A program made the translations under genes and the position numbers. A stretch of DNA of 64,000 nt from a virus (Duplodnaviria; Heunggongvirae; Uroviricota; Caudoviricetes): the IMG/VR virus record IMGVR_UViG_3300023371_000005. One strand, given 5' to 3'. Shown here one piece after another: positions 7,510-17,162 of the stretch. Within the stretch, counting starts at the first letter, position 1. Every line of letters starts with the position of its first letter. The notes beneath the pieces were generated by a model. It was not told the origin of the DNA. It did no database searches and saw only the letters and a program-made list of their open reading frames with translations.

Positions 7510-7784
7510 ATATGTGGCGCCGGTTGCCAGCGCCTTTGGGTGGACCAGGGTCTTTCGACCAGCCCAGGATTGCAGATGATATTCGCGACTATCATTTTAA
7601 CGGGCCTGCTCATTTGTTTTTCTCGCCCGGTTGGTTATAGGTAACACTCTTAAACCACCGCTTTACGTCCCTTACTCGTGCTGCGGCCGCACGCAACCTG
7701 TATTTCTTAGCCCAGTTTAGGCAAAGGTTTCGCCCCGGTATTTCCAGTTTTTTCTGGTTTTCCTTCTCCTGGTGGCTTACCATC

Positions 7785-7861
7785 TGGTGATCCCACGGAG
7801 GCTCGAACTCCGATTTCCACCTTGAAAGGGTGGTGTCCTATGCCGGTTAGACGATGGGACC
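7785..7861 (-). tRNA. tRNA-Glu(TTC)
   Basis: CCACC-CT TTC AA-GGTGG, CCA. Confidence 0.95.
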
Positions 7862-7862
7862 A

Positions 7863-7964
7863 TTATTCTTCATAAAGATAACGAGGGTCTTCCATAGCAT
7901 CATTCCATCCCTGGATTTCTGCCAGTTCATCAGATTGAATCTGAGTAGTGAAATCATCAAACAT
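7863..7964 (-). CDS. 33-aa acidic mini-protein (MFDDFTTQIQSDELAEIQGWNDAMEDPRYLYEE)
   Basis: First ORF after promoter 8001-8029, GAGAGG upstream; below the ORF-track cutoff. Confidence 0.55.
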   Translation of the reverse strand: MFDDFTTQIQSDELAEIQGWNDAMEDPRYLYEE

Positions 7965-8200
7965 ATTTCATTTACCTCTCTTTCTTTATCTTACATAAAT
8001 ATTATAACATATTTTTTTATAAAAATCAAGAAAGATTTTTTAGTTAGAATTGGCGCTAGCAACCAATATTGACGGCATCTTAGGTACCGACGCATAATGA
8101 AGACCATGCATTGAAGCCTACAACTGTTGTACTCGCACCGTTGTCGCGCCTGGTGTATTCTTGTCGATCCCACCTAGGAACCAGGCTCACCGTGAGCCAA

Positions 8201-8279
8201 TGGTGGATCATATCGGATTCGAACCGATCTGATATCCTGTCTGCCAGACAGGTGGCCACCCCAAGCAGCCCCATAACCC
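8201..8279 (-). tRNA. tRNA-Ala(GGC)
   Basis: CCTGT-CT GGC AG-ACAGG, CCA. Confidence 0.88.
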
Positions 8280-8432
8280 ATATAAAAGTGATTTTCAAGC
8301 AACGAGTAAAATCACAACCCCGTTGCGGCCAGTAGAGTTGTCAGCGGTACTCTGCCCATGGCGCTTCCCCGTAAGTACTAGGTCTTTAACTTATACCCGC
8401 AGTGACGGTACCTACTCAAACATCTGCGGTGC

Positions 8433-8519
8433 TGGTGGGGATAGTGGGACTCGAACCCACACGACCTCTCGGCCATCAGATTTTGAGTCTGACACGTCTA
8501 CCGATTCCATCATATCCCC
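8433..8519 (-). tRNA. tRNA-Leu(CAA)
   Basis: TCAGA-CT CAA AA-TCTGA, long variable arm, CCA. Confidence 0.95.
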
Positions 8520-8910
8520 ATGTGGCGGATTTTGATCCGAATTCCGCGAACTCTCATTCAAGAAAAACGCATTTCAGGGTGTGCACCCCCATCCGCAGCA
8601 TCACGGGTCCGGTTTCCATTTCTGGCTGAAGCCGATAACAAATAAATTACCCTCTATTCTTAGCACCCGATGTGGGCCGTTTGCCTCTCTCGGCGGGCAA
8701 CCTGCGAAAGTGTTTCTGGTTGACACATAACCTCCCAGTTTCGTTCAGAAGTTTTAGTTTTAGTCCAAACTTCTAAGCCAACACCCCTGCGAAAAATACT
8801 TGTAAATGACCAAACAACTTTAAGCCCAGTTTATAACAGAGTTATTGTCGTTATCCATAATCATAATAATAACCCCTCACCGGATAACTGGTTATAAAAA
8901 AACCGGAGAT

Positions 8911-9063
8911 TTCCCATACTGGATTCGAACCAGTATCACACCTATTACTTCGTGCGTTCTGCCATTAAACTAATGGGACTTTCATCTACATATGTGTTCC
9001 TTATGGGACTCGAACCCACATCTCTTGCCCTCAAGCCATTCTCCCTACTTAAACTAAAGGAAC
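8911..9063 (-). ncRNA. Two tandem tRNA-like elements with defective anticodon arms (8911-8979, 8996-9063)
   Basis: Acceptor, D and T arms intact; anticodon arms are CAC-N10-GTG and CTTG-AGGG-CAAG; no CCA. Confidence 0.65.
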
Positions 9064-9065
9064 TA

Positions 9066-9142
9066 TGGTGGACCCAACCGGATTCGAACCGGTAACCCCC
9101 TGCTTGCAAGGCAGGCGCTCTCCCAGTTGGAGCTATGAGCCC
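9066..9142 (-). tRNA. tRNA-Ala(TGC)
   Basis: CTGC-CT TGC AA-GCAG, CCA. Confidence 0.95.
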
Positions 9143-9242
9143 AAATATCGCAACTTATTTATGTTCTGATGGAGTTGCCAACCACCCAGACTTTCAATTA
9201 GTAGCCGATAATCTAAAAGAACTGCTCGGTTCCACGAGCGTG

Positions 9243-9328
9243 TGGTGAGGATAGAGGGACTCGAACCCGTCACCCCTTGCGGGACCGGAGCCTAAATCCG
9301 GCGCGTCTACCAATTCCGCCATATCCCC
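9243..9328 (-). tRNA. tRNA-Leu(TAG)
   Basis: CCGGA-TT TAG GC-TCCGG, long variable arm, CCA. Confidence 0.95.
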
Positions 9329-9498
9329 AAATGAGTGCCCCACGAGTTTTATTATACTCTCGACTCTGGGGCCGTAATTGAGAGTGCCATGGCTTATATT
9401 TACGAGAAACTACATGGCTGAAACCTCGGTGGTCCATATTTAGGGAGTACCACAGGCCCGAGTATTATTTTTTGAAAAGGTCTTAATACTTGACCTCT

Positions 9499-9574
9499 TG
9501 GCGAACGGTGAGGGACTTGAACCCCCGACAGGTAGGTTAACAGCCTACTGCTCTACCGACTGAGCTAACCGTCC
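9499..9574 (-). tRNA. tRNA-Asn(GTT)
   Basis: GTAGG-CT GTT AA-CCTAC, CCA. Confidence 0.95.
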
Positions 9575-9808
9575 ATATGTGTTGTAAGGTGAGAACATGA
9601 CAGTGAGTCGATATACTATCAGCTATTCTTCCCATTCCGTGAGAGGTTCTCAAAATACATTTTTCTGCCGATGTTCCTCGCCCCAGGACTTCGCTGATAG
9701 ACGGCCTGGGCACTTCACAAAGGGATACTCTTTGTATTTCCTTTACCTTACATATATATTATAACATATTTTTTTTGAAAATCAAATATGTTATATTTAC
9801 TTAGCTTC

Positions 9809-9990
9809 AAGACGGAGTTTTTTCGATCTTACGCTGCTCTACCAATCTAAGCTACACCCTTCATATCAGGGAACCGAAGTTCCCCTTAGTAGTCACCTAC
9901 GCCACCTTGCCAGGTGAGGGAAGGGTGGTTGGACTCGAACCAACGACCTGCGGCACCACAAGCTAATCTTTGAATCGCTGTTACCGTCTT
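9809..9990 (-). ncRNA. Wrapper W8 enclosing a circularly permuted tRNA-His(GTG)
   Basis: 3' half 9920-9961 precedes 5' half 9832-9862; perfect 8-bp GAAGGGTG/CACCCTTC acceptor. Confidence 0.8.
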
Positions 9991-10102
9991 TTATGGAAAA
10001 GGTTGTGTATGGAGAAAGAAAGTGAACCGTGCATTTCGCTTTCTTTACCTTACATATATATTATAACATATTTTTTTTTGAAAGTCAAAAAGAATTTTTG
10101 AC

Positions 10103-10474
10103 TTAGATTTCAGAGGCTCTTGCCTGAGTCTCTTCCTCTTCTTCCAAAATAAAGGAATGCTGCTCATATTCCTTAGATTCCAGGAAACTCTCTTCTACGA
10201 TGCGTTCATTAGCGCCCTCGCCAGTAGTGACCAAACCCTTGGGGAACTCACCACCGAAGATTTCTTCGGAGAGATCAACCCAGGTGCCATAGGGATAGAT
10301 AGCCTGGTCCACGTAACCCTCGGACAGCTCGCAGACCTCGTCGATATCATAAACACCGCCGCAACAGGCGCAGATGATAGTGTCGCCAAAAGCGATACCG
10401 GTAATCCAAGAGCCGGGTTCATCAATGTCATGGAACATGACCTGAGTAGGAGTATCAAAATGAGGCTTGTTCAT
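10103..10474 (-). CDS. Hypothetical acidic protein
   Basis: Own promoter 10520-10548 and GAAAGG RBS. Confidence 0.75.
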   Translation of the reverse strand: MNKPHFDTPTQVMFHDIDEPGSWITGIAFGDTIICACCGGVYDIDEVCELSEGYVDQAIYPYGTWVDLSEEIFGGEFPKGLVTTGEGANERIVEESFLESKEYEQHSFILEEEEETQARASEI

Positions 10475-10571
10475 AGTATCATTTCCTTTCTCAATCGTCT
10501 TTCTTTATCTTACATAAATATTATAACATATTTTTTTATAAAAATCAAGAAAGATTTTTTATCTAATTTTG

Positions 10572-10646
10572 TGGCAGGGCGACTAGGATTCGAACCTAGA
10601 TACACAGTTTTGGAGACTGTAGTCCTAGCCGTTGAACGATCACCCT
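10572..10646 (-). tRNA. tRNA-Trp(CCA)
   Basis: ACAGT-CT CCA AA-ACTGT, CCA. Confidence 0.95.
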
Positions 10647-10688
10647 GTATTTCGTGCGGGCGTCCCCGCACTATCCGAGTCTTCAAGA

Positions 10689-10775
10689 TTAGATGGCGTA
10701 AATCTCGGCTTCCATCTGAGCCTGCTTGACGAGTTGAGCCCACCAAGCATTCATCATCTTCTGGATCTTCTTCAT
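10689..10775 (-). CDS. 28-aa mini-protein (MKKIQKMMNAWWAQLVKQAQMEAEIYAI)
   Basis: AAGGGGG upstream of ATG, co-oriented with neighbours. Confidence 0.45.
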   Translation of the reverse strand: MKKIQKMMNAWWAQLVKQAQMEAEIYAI

Positions 10776-11009
10776 TGAGAAAAACCCCCTTTTTCAATTT
10801 TATTTGGGAGGCAATGGGATATCGGCACTACCTCCAAAACTCAATTTACGAGTTTGATTTTCTCTAAAATATTTTAGATTCATAAGATAATCTCTTATCT
10901 TGTATATATATTATAACAAATTTTTTATAAAAAATCAAATTTGTCACAATTAGCGAAGTAATATTTTTGAAAAGTCTGTGAGATAAATTGGGCGTTTCCG
11001 CCCAAAGTA

Positions 11010-11324
11010 TCACAGACCGAGACGCCGCATCAAATCATTGACGCGCTCTCTTTCCTCAGTAGTAATTTCTGCTGGCTGGAATGCTCCGGCCGCAACCACT
11101 ACATTAGGAGCATCATCTTCAAAGTTGAAATCTCCAGTAGTGGGATTATCAGAAATTGCCACAGGAACCTTAGGACAGGTCAAAGACAGTGCAATTTGAA
11201 TTCGCTCACCGTTTTCTGTCGCCCACACATACAGTTTTTTGTCGTAAGTTCCAATGAAATCAGAACCGAACGCTTCTTTTATTTTTTGTTCCACATTATT
11301 TTTTGCAATTTGCCCACGAGCCAT
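11010..11324 (-). CDS. Hypothetical protein
   Basis: 104 aa, AGGAG RBS. Confidence 0.75.
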   Translation of the reverse strand: MARGQIAKNNVEQKIKEAFGSDFIGTYDKKLYVWATENGERIQIALSLTCPKVPVAISDNPTTGDFNFEDDAPNVVVAAGAFQPAEITTEERERVNDLMRRLGL

Positions 11325-11337
11325 ATAAATTCTCCTT

Positions 11338-12060
11338 TTACACTAAAAATGTTTCTCCAAAAATCATTTCATAATTCATATTATCATATTCCCAATATGG
11401 AATTCGAACCAATGGAATATTATTTATAATAGCATAATTATTTTTTTCTGCATCTGATGCTTGAGTACGAGACAATTTACTACGCTCCCAATTACTTTCA
11501 TGATAATGTTGTTCACCATCATACTCAACTAGACGAATAATTTTATTACTATTATCTAAAATGGCAAAATCAAAGCGTTTTTGACCTAAATTTTCTGGTT
11601 TATATTCTCTAATATAAGAAATATGATATTCTTCTAAAATATCAATAATTTTTTGTTCACCTTTTGAAATCCTAGAAAAACATCCACAGCTAGTTGTATT
11701 ACCAGTTCGTAAGTCTGATCCACTAATTGATTTTATATTACCACATTCACATTTACAAATCCATTTTATACGACCAAAATTATCCCTTTCTGAGTCCATC
11801 TCAAGAACAGTAAGTTTACCGTAAACATTACCTTTTTCATCTTTAGCTAATGCTTCAAAAACTTTTTCATTTCTCAAGCAACCACAACTTTTCGTTGCTC
11901 CATTTTTGAGACTTAAACCAGCAATGGTTTTTATATTACCACATTCACATTTACAATCCCAGTATGGTCGTTTATGTCGTTTTGATGCTTCTATATTTTT
12001 TGATAAAACAGTAAGTCTATGATAGGTATTACCAACAAGATTTTCACCAGTTTTTGGCAT
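11338..12060 (-). CDS. Putative free-standing homing endonuclease (CxCxCG repeats plus Vsr/PD-(D/E)xK-like domain)
   Basis: Two W.CKCECGN...KSCGC repeats, then RFDF...VEYDGEQH; AT-rich. Confidence 0.7.
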   Translation of the reverse strand: MPKTGENLVGNTYHRLTVLSKNIEASKRHKRPYWDCKCECGNIKTIAGLSLKNGATKSCGCLRNEKVFEALAKDEKGNVYGKLTVLEMDSERDNFGRIKWICKCECGNIKSISGSDLRTGNTTSCGCFSRISKGEQKIIDILEEYHISYIREYKPENLGQKRFDFAILDNSNKIIRLVEYDGEQHYHESNWERSKLSRTQASDAEKNNYAIINNIPLVRIPYWEYDNMNYEMIFGETFLV

Positions 12061-12135
12061 AAAAATATCACTCTCCTTCTATCTTTTATGATTTTTCAGA
12101 TAAAAAGATTGAAAATTTTTACCCAGAACTTTTTA

Positions 12136-13542
12136 TCAAAAATATTTTTTATTCCTTCCGCCTTCATTCCTATTTTCGTAGCAATGAGGACATAAATATG
12201 TTTCAGTTTCTTCACAGTAAATCTTATCTGAGTTGTAATATATGTAATCACACTCTTCGCAGCGGAAACACTCTGTGTCATAACACTGTTGACAGATCAA
12301 TTCTTCATTATCTCCAGCCACATATGCATCATCCACATACATACGACGACCGCAACAAGCGCAATGAGTATAATTTTCATTCTCTTCTACGCCATATGCC
12401 AACTCGCAATTATCACATCGCATTGTTTCTGAATTATCTACCCAGTCTTTGCCGCAATGTAGACAAGGCACAGAACCGCCCACTACAATGGGCTTTTCAA
12501 TCAACTTTCTTACACCGCTTCGGCTCAAAGTATTATTGAAAATCGCATAATAAGGATAGCGATAACAAGTAGAACGAAGAATGTCATTATAATTACGAGC
12601 ATATCTGCCTTCTACAACTACCTCTTGGAGTGGAGCTAAGAATCCGTTGACGATTACATACTGACAATTTAATGCCCGAGGATTGTCCTCAGGATTAGCA
12701 TCATGCGGGACATAACTGTCGATATAGTCATCTTTCCAGTTGAAATACTTATAATAGCCGAATGGATGTTCTTGTTGAATCAGATTATTATAAATATTCA
12801 GTACGGTATCAATTCCACTTTTAGAGCTAAATGGATACTGGCGTCCCGCAAACATGATAGTGCTGTCTTCATGCTCATGAATCAACATACGCCACTTCTT
12901 AGAGTTCCACTTTACAGAACCAAAGTTAGGAAGTTCTGCTTCATCCATGCCTTTGAGATAAACCATAAAGGTAGTGCGGTCAGTCATATAACTCAGATTA
13001 CCAGCACGATATTCTCCATCGAGGGCATGGCAACTGCGCCAGTTATATGTGTTCTCGCTACTGGACAGAAAATCCAAAGGATGAACTGAAAAACATAACT
13101 TACCCTTGATTTTATTCTCTTGGATAAGCTGGCTCGCTGCGTCCTGAATATTTCTCAGGGTTATGGGATTATGTTCAAAATACTTAAATGCCTTCAGTAG
13201 CTTCATTCCCTTTGGAATGTCACTACCTTCACATACATTTACAACTTTATTTTCAAAAAATCCATCCAGATTTTCATCAATAAACTCAGCCAAAACAGGA
13301 TTATTGAAAGTATCATAAACCTGGGTAGCAAAATCAGCTGCCCGACATCTCTTTTCCTTTTCATCCAAAGTAAATTCAATGGGTTCCGGCCATTCATAAA
13401 TCAAACCGCCGAATCTCTCAATAAACTTTTCCTTGGCAAGCTCCCAGTCGTGGAATAGAGCATCCACCTGGGGATCGGGAATTGATTGAGAATAACGAAT
13501 TACTTCGCAGAACTGTTCTTTGATTCTGTCGATTTCTCGCAT
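12136..13542 (-). CDS. Hypothetical protein, HPLDFL...W.SC family, C-terminal CxxC array
   Basis: Paralog of 17163-18758; start moved to the ATG after GGAGG. Confidence 0.75.
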   Translation of the reverse strand: MREIDRIKEQFCEVIRYSQSIPDPQVDALFHDWELAKEKFIERFGGLIYEWPEPIEFTLDEKEKRCRAADFATQVYDTFNNPVLAEFIDENLDGFFENKVVNVCEGSDIPKGMKLLKAFKYFEHNPITLRNIQDAASQLIQENKIKGKLCFSVHPLDFLSSSENTYNWRSCHALDGEYRAGNLSYMTDRTTFMVYLKGMDEAELPNFGSVKWNSKKWRMLIHEHEDSTIMFAGRQYPFSSKSGIDTVLNIYNNLIQQEHPFGYYKYFNWKDDYIDSYVPHDANPEDNPRALNCQYVIVNGFLAPLQEVVVEGRYARNYNDILRSTCYRYPYYAIFNNTLSRSGVRKLIEKPIVVGGSVPCLHCGKDWVDNSETMRCDNCELAYGVEENENYTHCACCGRRMYVDDAYVAGDNEELICQQCYDTECFRCEECDYIYYNSDKIYCEETETYLCPHCYENRNEGGRNKKYF

Positions 13543-14486
13543 ATTACCTCCGCACAAATCTTACAAATTTTCTTATCTTTGGCGGGGTCCTCAATCTCAT
13601 ATGCCTCGCCGCACAAATCGCACCATTCAACATTACCAACGATGCAATCGGGACAGTAGAACTTAGTCTTTCTATCAATGCCGATTACAGGGAATAATTC
13701 ATATTCACTGTATAACTTTTTACATTTACCGCAATGCTGACCATACACTACAGCACTTCTCCACCAACTAGCAGAAGAGAATACCATTTCATCATACTCA
13801 AAATCCGGAATCTCAGTTTCACACAACATCTTCTGGACTTTCGCAATGGTATCATATAATGGAGCAATATGAAGAGTTTCTACTTCACTATGCTCATCTT
13901 CATAACCAACAGACAGATTGACACCACAAATATTCCACTGAGGCATCAAGAAGCTAATGTCAGAGAATGAACCATATGCTTCACAGAAGCCGAAGCTTTC
14001 AACGTAGTCATAGAAGTCTTCATTGAAGCACTCGTAAAATACACAATCGTTAGTACCATGACGATCTAACTGAATCATATATTTCAGATTGGGAATGGGG
14101 CAATCTCTGCTTCCCAATGCAGTTGCTCCTAAACCGCCTTTCTCTTCATCGGTAGTGAAAATAATGGCTGGCCGCAATCCACTCTGGATAATTTTCAAAA
14201 TGGCAAAAATACCAGCTCGGTCATCGGCGCCAAGACCCTGTGGACTCCACAGAACGCCTTTTCGCTGGTCATAATATAAATCAGCTACGGGATTTTTGAA
14301 CACAGTATCCATATGAGCGACCAGCGCAATTGGAATATCTCCAATAGCAACGATATAATCTTTCGTAACGATTACTTTCTCATACTTCTCTTTTAGGTAT
14401 TGTGCCATAGCCTGGTGCAATCCTTTTTGTGTCAACGATACTAAGCGTTCAAATAATCTATAATCTTGATTACTTAGGACTCGCAC
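13500..14486 (-). CDS. M28/M20-like zinc hydrolase with C-terminal CxxC
   Basis: AHMDTV, GADDRAG, TDEEKGG, GYEDEH. Confidence 0.75.
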   Translation of the reverse strand: MRVLSNQDYRLFERLVSLTQKGLHQAMAQYLKEKYEKVIVTKDYIVAIGDIPIALVAHMDTVFKNPVADLYYDQRKGVLWSPQGLGADDRAGIFAILKIIQSGLRPAIIFTTDEEKGGLGATALGSRDCPIPNLKYMIQLDRHGTNDCVFYECFNEDFYDYVESFGFCEAYGSFSDISFLMPQWNICGVNLSVGYEDEHSEVETLHIAPLYDTIAKVQKMLCETEIPDFEYDEMVFSSASWWRSAVVYGQHCGKCKKLYSEYELFPVIGIDRKTKFYCPDCIVGNVEWCDLCGEAYEIEDPAKDKKICKICAEVICEKSTESKNSSAK

Positions 14487-14531
14487 AAAGTATCCTCCTT
14501 CTTTTCTTTATATTATATTATACCATTTTTT

Positions 14532-15335
14532 TTATTTATTGTCAATTGCGGACTCTTTGATGCGCTCACCGTGGACTTTACGCAACTGATCGGCAAACCG
14601 TAGTGCGCTTTCGCACAAATGGCAAGTGCCGGTCTCCATGCAGCGCTGGCCGCAATTCACACGACGAGGACCAAGATCTTCAACAATGGCACGATTATCC
14701 ACATTGAAGTTCAATTCGCTCAACAACAAATTCAAATTGCCAGGCCAAATACCTTTCTGATAAACTTCCAAAAGAACTTCTTCAGTCTTGAGCTTATCAT
14801 CCTTATTGTAGAACTCCATCACTTCAATGAAATCCTCATAATGCTTTACATCTTCTGGACGAATCCAAGGACCGCAGAAGTTCGGAGCATCGGTCATATG
14901 GGTCAGATAACTGGGAACAGCCAAGTTAGGAGTGAAACGAATCGGAGTCTTAGTGATTTTCTTCACCTGCGCCAACTCAAAGCACAAAGGTGCGCCAAGC
15001 ACAATGTAACAAGGGTTCATCGCAATGATCCAACGCAACTCATAATAAGTTGTGATTGGGAAAGGCCAGAACCATTTGACGCCAGCTTCATCCATTTCCT
15101 TTGCCATATGTAAGTTGCTGATAGCTACACAGAATTGTGGGAACTTCTCCTGATACATCTCCCAGGTCTTTTTCTCGATCGGGGCAATTTGACTGTCAAC
15201 TTCTAAAATAATTCTTTTATCTGGAATTTGTTCAACAAAATCCATAATGCGGTCTCTGTCACGATAGGCGACCCGCACTTCATCAGCCTGCTTTAGAATA
15301 GAATAAGGCTGACGACCTGATACACAGTATTTCAC
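14532..15335 (-). CDS. Possible U32-family-like protein
   Basis: WIRPED motif and C-terminal Cys cluster; family assignment from recall only. Confidence 0.4.
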   Translation of the reverse strand: MKYCVSGRQPYSILKQADEVRVAYRDRDRIMDFVEQIPDKRIILEVDSQIAPIEKKTWEMYQEKFPQFCVAISNLHMAKEMDEAGVKWFWPFPITTYYELRWIIAMNPCYIVLGAPLCFELAQVKKITKTPIRFTPNLAVPSYLTHMTDAPNFCGPWIRPEDVKHYEDFIEVMEFYNKDDKLKTEEVLLEVYQKGIWPGNLNLLLSELNFNVDNRAIVEDLGPRRVNCGQRCMETGTCHLCESALRFADQLRKVHGERIKESAIDNK

Positions 15336-15488
15336 TTATATCATCTCCTTTATAATAATTATATCAATTTTTTTCTTCTTTTTCAACTTTTGGAGGAAAA
15401 AATTTCTAAGTCGACTTTTCGTTTGGGGCTGTCGGTTCATGCGCCCAGGGCCGGCCGGAGCAGGCTAATGAAAAAATGGTGGAGGATT

Positions 15489-15779
15489 TTACTCCTCCAC
15501 CTTCATGTGATAATCCATAGAGCCCCATCCGCCGTTCGCCCATCCAGAAGTTAGAGGCTTACAGCAGTATCTGTAAAAAGCTCCCATTGCAGTTCCTCGG
15601 CCATGAGAATACTTCATAACCTTTTCATTGTTTACATATACGCTACCCCATTCCTTAGGATTCTCTTGGATAACCCTGTCACAGAACTCGGTTAGCATCA
15701 TCGGAGACGTAACAGAGATATTGTAAGTGGTAGTTGCATCACCATTATCTCTGACACGGACGAAATTTACACCTTTCAT
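15489..15779 (-). CDS. Hypothetical protein
   Basis: 96 aa, AGGAGG RBS. Confidence 0.7.
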   Translation of the reverse strand: MKGVNFVRVRDNGDATTTYNISVTSPMMLTEFCDRVIQENPKEWGSVYVNNEKVMKYSHGRGTAMGAFYRYCCKPLTSGWANGGWGSMDYHMKVEE

Positions 15780-15808
15780 ATTTCCTCCTTTATATGCGGC
15801 CGCCCCGG

Positions 15809-16561
15809 TCAGCCGATTGCTGAACCGGGTTCGCGCAATAAATATTTTGATGTTTTAGGTTGAAGCATTTCCAAAGTTATATTATCTAATTCAGTATAAG
15901 GAATGCGAATAATTGGAATGCTATGTTGATGACAATATTGATTTTTTATTTGATCATGTTCTCTCGTTTTTATAAACTTTTCTTTGTTATCATATACTCC
16001 ATTACCTTGGATAAAATGTTGTCTACCATCATATTCAATAATATAAGAATTATTTACATAAAAATCAAATCTAGCAGGGTTTTTAGTATCCTCGAATACT
16101 AAATCACTAAAACGCTTTTCTTGAATAAAAGGAATGTTATTCTGCTCTAATATTTCTTTTATTTTTCGACTACCTTTTGATTCAACTAAGCACCCACATG
16201 ATTCTTGATGATGAAGATTGTCAGTCTGAATAATGGCATTTTCATTACCGCATAAATTACAGCGACAACGCCATTTATGTCTTTCTTGTCCTTTACTTCC
16301 CATGATAGACTCTAGTACAGTAAAGTTTCCAATGGTTTGTCCAACTAAATTTTTTGTAGAAGCTTCACTAGTTCTTATTTTTTGGTAACATCCACAACTT
16401 TTAGTTTTTCCATTCCGTAAAGACGCTCCTTTTACTATAGTCATTTTTCCGCACTTACATTTACATAGCCACTGGGCTCGTCCAGAAGCATCATTCTAGG
16501 CTCGGTCTATAACTTCTAAAAATTCATATATATTTCCACGTTCGTCAATTATTTTTGACAT
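15809..16561 (-). CDS. Second homing-endonuclease-like protein (one in-frame TAG)
   Basis: Reading through TAG at 16496-16498 restores the first WLCKCKCG repeat; RFDF...IEYDGRQH. Confidence 0.7.
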
Positions 16562-16655
16562 AAAATCAACTCCTTCTAATATATATGAAAAAGAGGGATA
16601 GAAATCTATCCCTCTTTGACCAAAATTATGCGACTTTACTGACAGTTGTCCGCGA

Positions 16656-17072
16656 TTAGTCTCGAGCAATCAATCGGTAAGCCATAACCTTTCTTGCCTT
16701 AGAGCCCGCGCTGGCAGGAATGGTAACCTGAGTCTTTTCAGCGGTCTCTGCTTCAACCAGCTTGTTCAAGCGATACTGAACCTTGGAAACGGTGGCATCA
16801 GCATTGGTTTCCGCAACAGCGGCAGCGATATCAGCGATGACCTGGAACTCATCGGTCAGAACAGCCTCGACCTGATCCATCAGAACATCAGCCTCAGCCT
16901 TCTTGGCAGCGGCACGCTCCTTAGCCTTAGCGGCCTTGGCGTCCAGAGAAGCGATCTCCTTTTCACAGAAAGCCACAACAGTGGCGGCGTCGAACTTGCA
17001 GGAGCCGGTCTCGAAAGTCTCCTTGATAGCCTCATACATCTCACGCTTAGTAATCTTTTCCATAGTTTTCAC
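16656..17072 (-). CDS. Probable winged-helix DNA-binding protein
   Basis: Distant paralog of 32342-32734 and 35368-35745. Confidence 0.6.
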   Translation of the reverse strand: MKTMEKITKREMYEAIKETFETGSCKFDAATVVAFCEKEIASLDAKAAKAKERAAAKKAEADVLMDQVEAVLTDEFQVIADIAAAVAETNADATVSKVQYRLNKLVEAETAEKTQVTIPASAGSKARKVMAYRLIARD

Positions 17073-17162
17073 CTTATACCTTTCAAAATTTTTTTATTTC
17101 TTGTGTAAGGATTTCCTTTACCTTACATATATATTATATAATATTTTTTTTGAAAAATCAAA

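Noticed and set aside
9243-9328. tRNA with anticodon TAG as the amber suppressor
   Set aside because: Anticodon UAG reads CUA (Leu); a suppressor needs anticodon CUA
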